Sequence record: PV158447.1
Reading direction: 5' to 3' (one strand)
DNA length: 64,000 bases
The notes under the pieces were generated by a model. It did not search any database and was not told the origin of the DNA. It saw nothing but the letters and a program-made list of their open reading frames with translations. Positions 9,682-18,485 of this stretch are shown one piece after another (within the stretch, counting starts at the first letter, position 1; the number at the start of each line of letters is the position of its first letter). A program made the translations under genes and the position numbers.

Positions 9682-10017
9682 TTATTCACGAATAACACGA
9701 GTAACCTGAGTTAAGTTCCCGATCACACCTTTGTTCACAATAAAGATTCCTTCTAGACCAGAAAGATCTTGATTAGGATTCTCTATATCGTTAATAAAGG
9801 CAATTGTCCAAATCAAGTCCTCTGACATCCCCCTTGAAGTTAAGGTGAGTGCTCTGATCAACTTGTTGAAGTTACCACGATATGCCCAGGCTTTCACGGT
9901 GTCATCAAAAGGAATCCACTCCGCTTGTGATAACAGAATGTCTTTACAAGAACGAATGATCGTCTTGTATTGTTCTGTGTAATAAAAGGGATCTCCAGAG
10001 GGAAGATTCAAGGCCAT
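9682..10017 (-). CDS. Small protein, possibly LysM-like baseplate component (T4 gp53/P2 gpX type)
   Basis: GAGGAG RBS; LIWTIAFINDIENP resembles the W-x-I-x-x-x-N-x-I-x-x-P signature of that group. Confidence 0.5.
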   Translation of the reverse strand: MALNLPSGDPFYYTEQYKTIIRSCKDILLSQAEWIPFDDTVKAWAYRGNFNKLIRALTLTSRGMSEDLIWTIAFINDIENPNQDLSGLEGIFIVNKGVIGNLTQVTRVIRE

Positions 10018-10044
10018 TATTCCAACTCCTCAATAAACTTGTGT

Positions 10045-10076
10045 CTATATTTTTTCAAGTAGATATTATCTACTTG
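10045..10076 (+). promoter_or_regulatory. Variant promoter TTTTCA-N4-GATATTAT embedded in a 21-nt inverted repeat
   Basis: ctatattttttca-agta-gatattat; arms caagtagata/tatctacttg at 10056-10076. Confidence 0.65.
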
Positions 10077-10169
10077 TTATGATGAAAAGAGTTAATCTTA
10101 ACTACACTTAGAGATAATGTTATCTCACTCCCAGAGCTATCATTATGGAAACGCAACGAGGGAAACGCA

Positions 10170-12290
10170 ATGAGTAAGATTATTCGAACAGAACGGAAAC
10201 CATTCGAGAACCAAATCAGTCCCATTTCAGCTGGTGTCGCCGTTGGGATGAACGTTAACCGTTCTGTCAGTTCTCCGTCCCGTCTTTACATGGTCGGTAA
10301 GAACCAAGGTAAAGCAGCCGTTATTACAGGATCCACTTCCCGCCGATATGTCTCGGGGGAAGAACAAGAATACGCCAAAACAGCTCGGAAGATCGAAACA
10401 CAAAGCGAAATCGAGATTGAGCAAGTTTTCTACACGGCCGATGTCACTAATACGTCAGAACCTAACAGTTGGGGTGTATTTTACGCGGTTGGTAAAAACC
10501 TGGAAACAGGTGAGTATGACCTGATCGAGATGCCTCGATTCAACTCTCAAAACATGGAGTTGGGTTTTGAGTACAAATACGACCAAGATAAACTCCGTAC
10601 TTTGATGCCGGGTGCACGTTATCGGAAGGGAACTGTTTTTGGGAGTTCCGCTCGGATTACGGAAAGTGGCGAGTGGTGTCCGGGTCTGGAAACCAGTGTT
10701 GCGCTGATTTCTCATAATGATACTGAAGAAGATGCCGTTGCAATCTCTGATCTCTACGCTGAGCGTATTGGAGTAGTTTTTGGGCGTTCCCACGATTTTC
10801 AGTGGAACGAAGAAGAATATATCCCACTTGATCTCTATAGTGAACCGGAAGACGAATTCCCACAACCATTCCCGTTGAATGGTCAATCAGTGCGTTCTGA
10901 TGGGATTGTAATGGGGTTCCGTAAAAAGGATGGTAACGCAGCAATGTCTGGTTTGACCAGAGCAGCACTCCGTAAACCAGATCCTAATTACGACATTCTC
11001 TTTTACTCTACCCCAGGTTGTGTGGTGATGGATGTGGAAGTTCAAACTGAACGTTATAAGAACCAATCTAATAACCGAAGTGCGAACAAGCTCACCCATC
11101 CACACACCATGATTTTGGAGAAGATTGAAGAAGCTAGTAATACCATGTACAACAACGTGGTGAAATGGTTTCTGAGTAAACGCCGTCAGTATTCCGATAA
11201 TGTCCCTTTGAGCAAAACACTCTGGAACTTTATCCTGAATGCGGAAGCCCACATTACCCGTGACTTCACTACCCCACATGCCCAAGGTAAATTCCGGAAG
11301 GTTCGTCGGAAATATCAGAACATCAATCTGAAAGACTGGCGGATAAGTATCAAGCTCCGGGAGGAAGTGACAGGTAAAGCTCGTTTCAAGAACACCGGGA
11401 TGGACGGTAATAAATCGGTCATCATGCGAATCATTCCTTGGCAAGATATGCCAGTGGATGACCACGGTAATCGTGCAGAAATGATCGTGGGTAACACTCC
11501 TGCATTTCGTCGTCAGATCCTGGGTAGTTTGATCGAGCAGGATGTGAACTTTGTTGGAATGCATCTCTGGAACGATATTGTCAAGGCTCGTAGTCAGGGG
11601 GATTACGAGAAAGCGTGGAATATTGCCTTTGAGTTTTACGAAACAGTTAACCCCGAGTTTGCCGAGCTCATCAGTGTCCTGAACGCCGATGAACGAATGC
11701 AACATGTTGACTGGATAACCAAAGACATCAATGAGTTCTCGGTTAAAGGCGGCTCACCATCTGTTGTCGGGATCAAGATTAGCGAACGCCTGGCTGATCG
11801 TTACCCTAACATTAAACCCACCCCAGTCACGTTTACCAGTGTGACAGGAGAACGGAAACGCACTCGTTATCCGGTGGTGATTAGTTCGTTGTATTACATT
11901 ATGTTGGATAAGTTCGGTGATGACATCTCTTGTCAGTCAATGCCAAAACTGAACGTATTTGGTCTCCCCACTTCCCTGGGTAAACACGAGCGAGCCAGAG
12001 AGTTCTACCGAGCTGTTCTGAACCGTAACGTGGGGGAAACCGAAGGTCGACTGATGATCAACCAACGTGGCGGAAGTACGGCTGTTCGTGCCCTAGCGAT
12101 GGCCAACTCCGAAGAACTAATTCTCCAAGGTGTGCGTCGGATCCTCCGAGCCGATAACCCATTCACCATTCATAACCTTGTCAAACCAGGAGAAGAACTG
12201 AAGAACCACACACTGCATGTGATTGATAACATCATGGGTGACTACGGCTTAGGTTTGAGGAAAGAGAATGAAAACGATAAAGTTGCGTGA
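10170..12290 (+). CDS. Non-virion RNAP beta subunit, C-terminal part (phiKZ gp71/73-like), uninterrupted
   Basis: GMDGNKSVIMRIIPWQDMP...AEMIVGNTPAFRRQILG matches the RpoB HGNKG..P.EDMP...D...NP.GVPSR region; C-terminal GETEGRLM. Confidence 0.9.
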   Translation: MSKIIRTERKPFENQISPISAGVAVGMNVNRSVSSPSRLYMVGKNQGKAAVITGSTSRRYVSGEEQEYAKTARKIETQSEIEIEQVFYTADVTNTSEPNSWGVFYAVGKNLETGEYDLIEMPRFNSQNMELGFEYKYDQDKLRTLMPGARYRKGTVFGSSARITESGEWCPGLETSVALISHNDTEEDAVAISDLYAERIGVVFGRSHDFQWNEEEYIPLDLYSEPEDEFPQPFPLNGQSVRSDGIVMGFRKKDGNAAMSGLTRAALRKPDPNYDILFYSTPGCVVMDVEVQTERYKNQSNNRSANKLTHPHTMILEKIEEASNTMYNNVVKWFLSKRRQYSDNVPLSKTLWNFILNAEAHITRDFTTPHAQGKFRKVRRKYQNINLKDWRISIKLREEVTGKARFKNTGMDGNKSVIMRIIPWQDMPVDDHGNRAEMIVGNTPAFRRQILGSLIEQDVNFVGMHLWNDIVKARSQGDYEKAWNIAFEFYETVNPEFAELISVLNADERMQHVDWITKDINEFSVKGGSPSVVGIKISERLADRYPNIKPTPVTFTSVTGERKRTRYPVVISSLYYIMLDKFGDDISCQSMPKLNVFGLPTSLGKHERAREFYRAVLNRNVGETEGRLMINQRGGSTAVRALAMANSEELILQGVRRILRADNPFTIHNLVKPGEELKNHTLHVIDNIMGDYGLGLRKENENDKVA

Positions 12291-14283
12291 TTTTGCCAAC
12301 ATGAATCTAATTGACGTTTTGGATTTGACCGAACGTCGATACAAAATAAAGGTTGTAGATGACTTCGAAGAGTCGGTTGTTACCGATACTTGGCTGTTGT
12401 CCTTAACCTGGTTCAGTCTGGTTGTTCACCGTCAGTTTGATGAAGAACCATATCACGTTGATGAAGTGGTGGTGTTCAAAGTTCAGGAAGGTCACCAGAC
12501 TTTCCTGGATGATAAGAAACTGAAAACCCCGATTGATAACTTCCTGAAACGAATCGGTCCGAAGTATGACTCTCCGGAGTTCTACGACCTGATCAAACAA
12601 CTGGTACACGTTTGGAATAACCAACGACACAACTACATGTGTGTGAAGTCAGAGGACGCCGTTGTTTCGGCTCGTTCGATGGATGTCCTTCATGCCTATC
12701 GTAATCCAACCATCGCAGAGATCAGGAGAAAGGTACATAGTGGTGAAATGACGATCGGGGACGCAATCCCCGAATTCGACAAAACCATGATGACCGACCC
12801 TTATTTCGACCGCTGTGTGTTCGGGTTGCTTTACCGGACCCGTTCGGTGAGTAGTGTGCAATCATTCCAGTTGGTAGTAAGTCGGGGTGACGTAACCGAT
12901 CTTAACTCCACCATCCTTCCCAACACAGTCATGACGTCCTATGGTGACGGGATTAATAACCTGGCAGACTCCTTGGCAGATTCAAAGGGTGCTGGTTTCT
13001 CTTTGATCTCTAACGGAGCCGCTCTCCAGAACTCCGAGTGGTTCCACAAGAAGATCCACAACCTAGCCTCTTCTGTTCGTGGAGTAACCTACCAACATGA
13101 CTGTGGTTCTACCAAGGGAGCAATTGTTCGGATTATCTCTAAAGAGTTCCTCAAGTCCTTGCAAGGGAAATGGCGAATTATGGATGACGGTTCTAATGAA
13201 CTGTTGTTCGGAGATAACCTGAATAAGATCAAGGTAGGTGAAACCATCAAGTTCCGTTCGGTAGCTTGGTGTCATGTTGGGAAAACAGGGAAACCATGCT
13301 CTAAGTGTTTCGGTAAAATGGAATCTGCTTTACCATATAACCGTTATACAAAGAAAGGGGCGGTGCCTGGATTGTTCTACGGTTCTACGTTTGCAGAACC
13401 CATTGGACAATCCATCCTGGGTACTAAACACCGTATCGGTTCTGCGTCTGCAATAGGTTATACCGTTGCGAAGATTGATGAGGAATATATCAGAACGGAC
13501 GACGAAGGAGATTTCATTTATTTCAACGATGAAATCCTGAATAGGACGTCTGATCCTTATCTCATTTTGGATAAAGAAACGCGAGAGGACTTCAGTAACT
13601 TTAGCTTCATGGAATCTCTGGAAGAACTCAGTGTCAACCGCCTGAGAACTTACGAGAGTATCAGTCTCCAAGTCGCTATTCAAAACCCCATGTTTCCCGA
13701 TAAGCCAGCGATCTACAACCCCGTGATTAATACCACAGTGGCGAGTCGTGATGCTCGGATGACCATGAGTTTTGTTGAGTTCCTGATGACTAAACCGATT
13801 GAGGAAGATGGACGGGTGTTTAAGATCTCCCTGCAAGGCTGGGATTCCGATCAACCAGCATTTGAACTTCCCCAAGTGAACGAAGACCTGGATGCATACC
13901 AACGTCGCGTAGAAGGTTGGTTTGGGTTTGAAGAGATCAAGGGAAGGTCTGACTATTGGATCAATGAAGAACGTCATGGTGAACTTCTGGTAAGCTTGTG
14001 GAAGGTTGTTGATGAGAAGTACAAAGGCGCCAACATCATCATCCACGACATCTTCACCTTTAGTTGTATGGCGATCGATCCCGACAACCTGAACTATGGG
14101 CTCCCGTCAGCTAATGACCAACGGAAAATGTGTACCCTCCACGACACCATTATTCATGGTGGGATTGGTAATGCACTTCTGTATGGCTATCAAGGAAACT
14201 CCTTGTTGCAAGATCCTGCTCGGTATCTCGTGAAGAACCGGAAAGGCAATGCACTTGAAGCATTCCTTTCTGTGATGGCATAA
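12268..14283 (+). CDS. Non-virion RNAP beta-prime subunit, C-terminal part (phiKZ gp74-like)
   Basis: DCGS plus C-x(7)-C-x2-C-FG zinc site; AEPIGQSILGTKH corresponds to the RpoC trigger loop GEPGTQLTMRTFH. Confidence 0.9.
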   Translation: MKTIKLRDFANMNLIDVLDLTERRYKIKVVDDFEESVVTDTWLLSLTWFSLVVHRQFDEEPYHVDEVVVFKVQEGHQTFLDDKKLKTPIDNFLKRIGPKYDSPEFYDLIKQLVHVWNNQRHNYMCVKSEDAVVSARSMDVLHAYRNPTIAEIRRKVHSGEMTIGDAIPEFDKTMMTDPYFDRCVFGLLYRTRSVSSVQSFQLVVSRGDVTDLNSTILPNTVMTSYGDGINNLADSLADSKGAGFSLISNGAALQNSEWFHKKIHNLASSVRGVTYQHDCGSTKGAIVRIISKEFLKSLQGKWRIMDDGSNELLFGDNLNKIKVGETIKFRSVAWCHVGKTGKPCSKCFGKMESALPYNRYTKKGAVPGLFYGSTFAEPIGQSILGTKHRIGSASAIGYTVAKIDEEYIRTDDEGDFIYFNDEILNRTSDPYLILDKETREDFSNFSFMESLEELSVNRLRTYESISLQVAIQNPMFPDKPAIYNPVINTTVASRDARMTMSFVEFLMTKPIEEDGRVFKISLQGWDSDQPAFELPQVNEDLDAYQRRVEGWFGFEEIKGRSDYWINEERHGELLVSLWKVVDEKYKGANIIIHDIFTFSCMAIDPDNLNYGLPSANDQRKMCTLHDTIIHGGIGNALLYGYQGNSLLQDPARYLVKNRKGNALEAFLSVMA

Positions 14284-14293
14284 ACAATAAACC

Positions 14294-14328
14294 GGACCGG
14301 AGGCCAGTGGGTCTTCGGTCCTTTATTT
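14294..14328 (+). terminator. Rho-independent terminator
   Basis: ggaccggaggcc-agtg-ggtcttcggtcc with G-U pairs, then tttattt. Confidence 0.75.
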
Positions 14329-14442
14329 AACCAGACTTATTTGACAACTACATGGTGAATATAATAGCTAGGAATACTTTGGGACCGCATAAATGCTGGG
14401 TTCCGAGCATTTCACCTTTTATGTTCATTTGGAGATAAGTTA

Positions 14443-16674
14443 ATGAGGACAACGTTAACTGTCTATAAGGCGAGCACGTACGTTCGTCTCACGGGCTACA
14501 AACCTGAACTGGAGAAACAGATACTTCGACCATTCTGTCGTCGTAACTTCTTCCGGGTTCAGAAAGTACCTGGTGGACCTTTTGGTGCTCCCCCTGAGTG
14601 GAAAGTTAGCCATGTGTTCGCCAGGTTTAATAATGACAAAACAGAGCTCAGATTCAACCTGAGTAAGTTGGAAGATCTCCTCTCAATGATGGAACAGCAG
14701 GGTTACAAACGTTCCCGAGTTGAAATCCTGGAAGAGAAAAAGATCCCTGCTAAGAAAGTAATGATTCCATGGAAGGATGAAAAGATCCAACCAAGGAATG
14801 AGGTTCAAGAAGAGTTCACCGAATTCATGTCTGGTCCAGCTGCGTTAACCACCAACAATATGGGTACTGGCCAGGGTAAGGAACAGGGGTTATCTACTCG
14901 AGTTAAAATACCTGGCGGATGGACCACCATGGGGCAGATCAAAAAGGGCGATATCGTTACTGCTTGGGACGGGACACCGACCAAAGTCCTCGAGATCTAC
15001 CCACAAGGTGTCAAAGACATTTACGAGTTCACGTTCAGTGATGGTCGTAAAGCAGAAGCTGGTTTAGAACATCTTTGGAAAGTATTTGATGGGACATGGT
15101 CCATTAAGACAACCAAAGAGATCATGTCTGGAATGCCAGAGGTTATGTACTCTATACCACTACTGAAACCAGAAGTCGTTGAAGATGTTGTCCTTCCAAT
15201 ACACCCATGGTCGTACGGGTTCTCCCTGGATGGGGACGAATACATCTCCAATGTTTACATGGACAGTTCTCCTGATCAGAAACGTTTATTGGTTCTTGGG
15301 ATGATGGCGGGTTCCGACCCAGAAGGAATTGATGATTATTACCTAGCTAAAACCGAGAAAGTTGCTAAACAGTTCCAAGAACTTGTCTGGTCTATCGGTG
15401 GGTGGTGTAAAGTTGTTCCAGGATATCATGGATTTGAATGTTACTTTGATTTGACCAAGGAAACGCTCGAGATAACAAAAGTGGAACTGGTTCGTCAGGA
15501 AGAAGCCCAATGTATTTCTGTCGAACATCCTGACCACTTGTATGTCTGTGATGACTACGTTGTCACTCACAATACGTTTTGTGCGTTGTATTCAGCCTGG
15601 AAGCTCGGTGAGCGCGTTTTGATCACCGTCCTACCCAGATATGTGGATATTTGGCTGAAAGCGTTTGGAGAGTTCTACAAACTCGAGAAAGGGGATGTGG
15701 TCATCGCCGACTTGATCAGTGTGGAACAATTGCACGAAGCAGTTGTCAGCAACAAGATTGATCCAAAGATCATCATTATTCCTCTTTCCAAGATAGACAT
15801 TCATCTGAAGAAGATGAGAGAAGTAGAAGGGACGTTGGATTTAGACAAGATATTTGAGGACCTACAATGCGGGACCCGGATTATTGATGAAGCCCACGAA
15901 TCTATTTACTCTGTTTATTGTTCACTGATGCATGGTAACCATAATAAGACGATGGTGCTTTCAGCAACCCTGAAAGGAGATGATGAATTCATTAACGGAA
16001 TCTATTCTCAGATTTTCCCGATGTCTTCTTATCTCAGACCAACGGAATACACAAAGTACATTCACGTTGTGGCTTATGTCCATCGAATGGATTTGTGGAA
16101 ATACAAAATCAATACCAAAGGTTTTGGTGGTTATAGCCACGTTAAGTTTGAACAGGGGATTCTGAAGAACAAGGGTTTGTTCGAACACTATTACCAAATG
16201 TTAAAGAGTGCTTACGACACTTACTACATGAATGAGTACCGAGAGAATCAGAAATCGATGTGGTTCTTTGCTACCATCGAGTTTTGCGAAGAGTTCAATA
16301 AACGGTTGTTGAAAGACTATCCTGATTTGGATTCTATCGTATTCACTTCGACCATGAGTAAGAAAGAACCCACCGCGTATCGAGAACATCGAAATGTCGT
16401 AACCACCCCTGGTTCATGCGGGACGGGACGTGACATACCAATGCTATATGCGGTATTCTCCCCAATAGCTGTTTCTAGTACTCAACGTAATGACCAGATG
16501 GTAGGGCGGACCAGACCCATTGACAAATGGTGGCCTGACTTGGATCCGATCTTTGTGTATTTTGTCTGCCTCGATGAAAAGAAACAGGTGGAATACCACA
16601 GAAAACGGAGAGGACTCTTCGATCGTAAGTGTAAGAAGTTCGAACTGATTGACAGTGGTTCGAGAATCATGTAA
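14443..16674 (+). CDS. SF2 DEAH helicase (phiKZ gp75-like) containing an intein
   Basis: Walker A GTGQGK|T restored after intein removal; IIDEAH; motif VI QMVGRTRP; spliced product 512 aa. Confidence 0.9.
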   Translation: MRTTLTVYKASTYVRLTGYKPELEKQILRPFCRRNFFRVQKVPGGPFGAPPEWKVSHVFARFNNDKTELRFNLSKLEDLLSMMEQQGYKRSRVEILEEKKIPAKKVMIPWKDEKIQPRNEVQEEFTEFMSGPAALTTNNMGTGQGKEQGLSTRVKIPGGWTTMGQIKKGDIVTAWDGTPTKVLEIYPQGVKDIYEFTFSDGRKAEAGLEHLWKVFDGTWSIKTTKEIMSGMPEVMYSIPLLKPEVVEDVVLPIHPWSYGFSLDGDEYISNVYMDSSPDQKRLLVLGMMAGSDPEGIDDYYLAKTEKVAKQFQELVWSIGGWCKVVPGYHGFECYFDLTKETLEITKVELVRQEEAQCISVEHPDHLYVCDDYVVTHNTFCALYSAWKLGERVLITVLPRYVDIWLKAFGEFYKLEKGDVVIADLISVEQLHEAVVSNKIDPKIIIIPLSKIDIHLKKMREVEGTLDLDKIFEDLQCGTRIIDEAHESIYSVYCSLMHGNHNKTMVLSATLKGDDEFINGIYSQIFPMSSYLRPTEYTKYIHVVAYVHRMDLWKYKINTKGFGGYSHVKFEQGILKNKGLFEHYYQMLKSAYDTYYMNEYRENQKSMWFFATIEFCEEFNKRLLKDYPDLDSIVFTSTMSKKEPTAYREHRNVVTTPGSCGTGRDIPMLYAVFSPIAVSSTQRNDQMVGRTRPIDKWWPDLDPIFVYFVCLDEKKQVEYHRKRRGLFDRKCKKFELIDSGSRIM
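14881..15573 (+). mobile_element. Class 3 intein, 231 aa, with decayed LAGLIDADG endonuclease
   Basis: Starts EQGLSTRVKIPGGW; block B EHLW, block F QCISV, block G VVTHN followed by Thr+1 (WCT triad). Confidence 0.9.
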
Positions 16675-16678
16675 CCGA

Positions 16679-16712
16679 ACTGAGAACTCCTCCGGGAGTT
16701 CTCAGTTTATTA
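16679..16712 (+). terminator. Rho-independent terminator
   Basis: aactgagaactcc-tccg-ggagttctcagtt then tattatt. Confidence 0.85.
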
Positions 16713-16725
16713 TTTAGGAGTAGAG

Positions 16726-17253
16726 ATGAATAACGGCCTAACTCCTTTGGTTCAACAACCAGGAGAAGCAAATTCATTCTTCTTTCAAGTTAATGCAAGT
16801 ACAGTAGACATAACTCACACTGTTGCCGCCGGGCTAATCGCAATGATTGGGCACGCTAGAGAAGTGTCAGATGGAGTCCTTGCTGATGTCTTTTGTTTCG
16901 ATGCCGCCAATTACCATATCGGAAATGCACTTTGCGATTATTACGGATCCATTAATAACTTTGAAGAAGAATACAACGAAGCCTGTTCTATCCTAAGAGA
17001 GATCGTATTGAATCAAGCGACTATCTTGGAAATGTACATCATGTCAATGCCCAGAGTAGGTAATATCTTCTACCACGCAACTGCCCAAACTCTCCTGTTA
17101 TTTATACAGGAAGACGACACACTGCTGACTTCTGGAACTTACGCAGGAGTCCTAGAAGAAATCAACTACGAAGACAATTTAATGCTCAACATTAAACTTC
17201 ACGCGGATCACTTTCCGTATCCACCTTTACCGGAGGGAGAATGTCCTTTCTAG
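16726..17253 (+). CDS. Acidic hypothetical protein, 175 aa
   Basis: AGGAG RBS; 23 D/E versus 4 K/R. Confidence 0.8.
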   Translation: MNNGLTPLVQQPGEANSFFFQVNASTVDITHTVAAGLIAMIGHAREVSDGVLADVFCFDAANYHIGNALCDYYGSINNFEEEYNEACSILREIVLNQATILEMYIMSMPRVGNIFYHATAQTLLLFIQEDDTLLTSGTYAGVLEEINYEDNLMLNIKLHADHFPYPPLPEGECPF

Positions 17254-17672
17254 ATCCTTTCCAGTTAATACCGAAATGTCATACAGAACCAACCACAGAT
17301 AACATTGTTAGTTGGTTGGTGGAACTCCCAACCTTTGGGCTACTTACCAGAGATGGGAATCGAGCCACACAGGAATGGTTAGTCTGTACCCTAGCAGAAA
17401 CCATTATGCGGGAACCTAACAACTACAACCCAGCCGGCTACTATGATCCCGATGTTCTTTATGACAACCTTGGGTTAGAAGACAAACTCCAATTTGATAC
17501 AATTTGGCAACAGCTCACTATCCAGTATCACGAACTTTGGAATCAATTTACTTTCCGTTCCTTGAATGGATCAGACGAAGGATTTTACCGTTATGATTAT
17601 CAACTCTTTGGTGAATCAGCTATACTCTACTTCTATTCCAGGTCAGATCACGAACGAGGTGATCAGCTTTAA
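17241..17672 (+). CDS. Acidic hypothetical protein, 143 aa
   Basis: GGAGGGAG RBS; overlaps the previous stop. Confidence 0.8.
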   Translation: MSFLDPFQLIPKCHTEPTTDNIVSWLVELPTFGLLTRDGNRATQEWLVCTLAETIMREPNNYNPAGYYDPDVLYDNLGLEDKLQFDTIWQQLTIQYHELWNQFTFRSLNGSDEGFYRYDYQLFGESAILYFYSRSDHERGDQL

Positions 17673-18180
17673 GTTCTCTTCCCCCGATCTCGCAGATTAC
17701 GTCGAAGGATGGACCCCAGAACAAATTAAGATCGCACTTGAAGCTGCTATTCGAATTGTGTTCTCCCCTTTACTCTGCCAAACATCTGGAATACCTCTGC
17801 TTGGAGATGAAGCGGAAACAGTCGTTACTGACGCTGATTATGAAGAAGCAATCATCAGTTCCGCCATTGTTGATATGAATACCGTCACAATGACCACACA
17901 AGCCCCTCAGATCAATTTGACAGAAGAAATGATGGAGTTACTCTACGCTGGGGAAGATCTTGAATCTGAAGCGTACAGAGACCCTCTCGTATCACTCATC
18001 AATAAACTCACTGAAGACATCACTGATGATAAGTATAATACTGACATCGGAACGATTTGTTCAGAAGTGTGTTTAGGAGGAAGGCCCACCCTTGTGGACT
18101 ATAAATTCATTACTCCCCAAGACCATCTTCATCTCTGGATGACCTTCCCTCCAGAGTCGATGTTCTCTTTGAAAGTATAA
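17659..18180 (+). CDS. Acidic hypothetical protein (start uncertain: GTG 17659 or ATG 17593)
   Basis: Frame open from 17566; GTG 17659 gives the usual short overlap with the previous gene. Confidence 0.7.
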   Translation: MISFKFSSPDLADYVEGWTPEQIKIALEAAIRIVFSPLLCQTSGIPLLGDEAETVVTDADYEEAIISSAIVDMNTVTMTTQAPQINLTEEMMELLYAGEDLESEAYRDPLVSLINKLTEDITDDKYNTDIGTICSEVCLGGRPTLVDYKFITPQDHLHLWMTFPPESMFSLKV

Positions 18181-18190
18181 AACTACCTAA

Positions 18191-18222
18191 CCTCTCCCTC
18201 ACCCAACCAGGTGAGGGAGAGG
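18191..18222. terminator. Perfect 13-bp hairpin lacking a downstream U-tract
   Basis: cctctccctcacc-caacca-ggtgagggagagg. Confidence 0.6.
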
Positions 18223-18434
18223 TGACCAAGGATTGTGAAATCAAGGGATTGGAGTTTGTTGTGTATGGTGGTTTGAGACTCAGAGAACTGGGATTTGACC
18301 AGGGGCATGTTTCCCGTTGTTGTGCCGGAAAATTGAGAAACCACGGTGGATGTAGTTGGAAGAAAATAACTAGGTCAGAAGCTAAGTATAAGCAACGAGA
18401 CTTAACTCCAGAACAATTGTTGAAATTACGTTAA
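18222..18434 (+). pseudogene. Orphan C-terminal DNA-binding domain (NUMOD1-like) of an HNH homing endonuclease
   Basis: LGFDQGHVSRCCAGKLRNHGGCSWK matches the homing-endonuclease HTH tail and aligns with the C-terminal repeats of the 26690 HNH; no nuclease domain. Confidence 0.6.
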
Positions 18435-18438
18435 TCTA

Positions 18439-18475
18439 AACTCTACCACCCGTTTGGGTGGTAGAGTTCTTTCTT
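18439..18475. terminator. Bidirectional terminator
   Basis: aactctaccaccc-gttt-gggtggtagagtt between convergent genes. Confidence 0.85.
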
Positions 18476-18485
18476 ATAAGTTAAT

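Noticed and set aside
10079-10145. tRNA gene
   Set aside because: Cloverleaf-like pairing but no GTTC T-loop, D-loop or CCA; kept only as a leader structure. No tRNA or rRNA recognised elsewhere
14341-14365. Perfect TTGACA and TATAAT boxes upstream of the helicase
   Set aside because: Spacer is only 13 nt (16-18 needed) and TG is not placed for an extended -10, so it is not a credible sigma70 promoter
17566-17672. 107-nt overlap of two acidic ORFs as a second frameshift
   Set aside because: The downstream frame is +1, no slippery run is visible, and alternative starts exist (ATG 17593 with AAGGA, GTG 17659)
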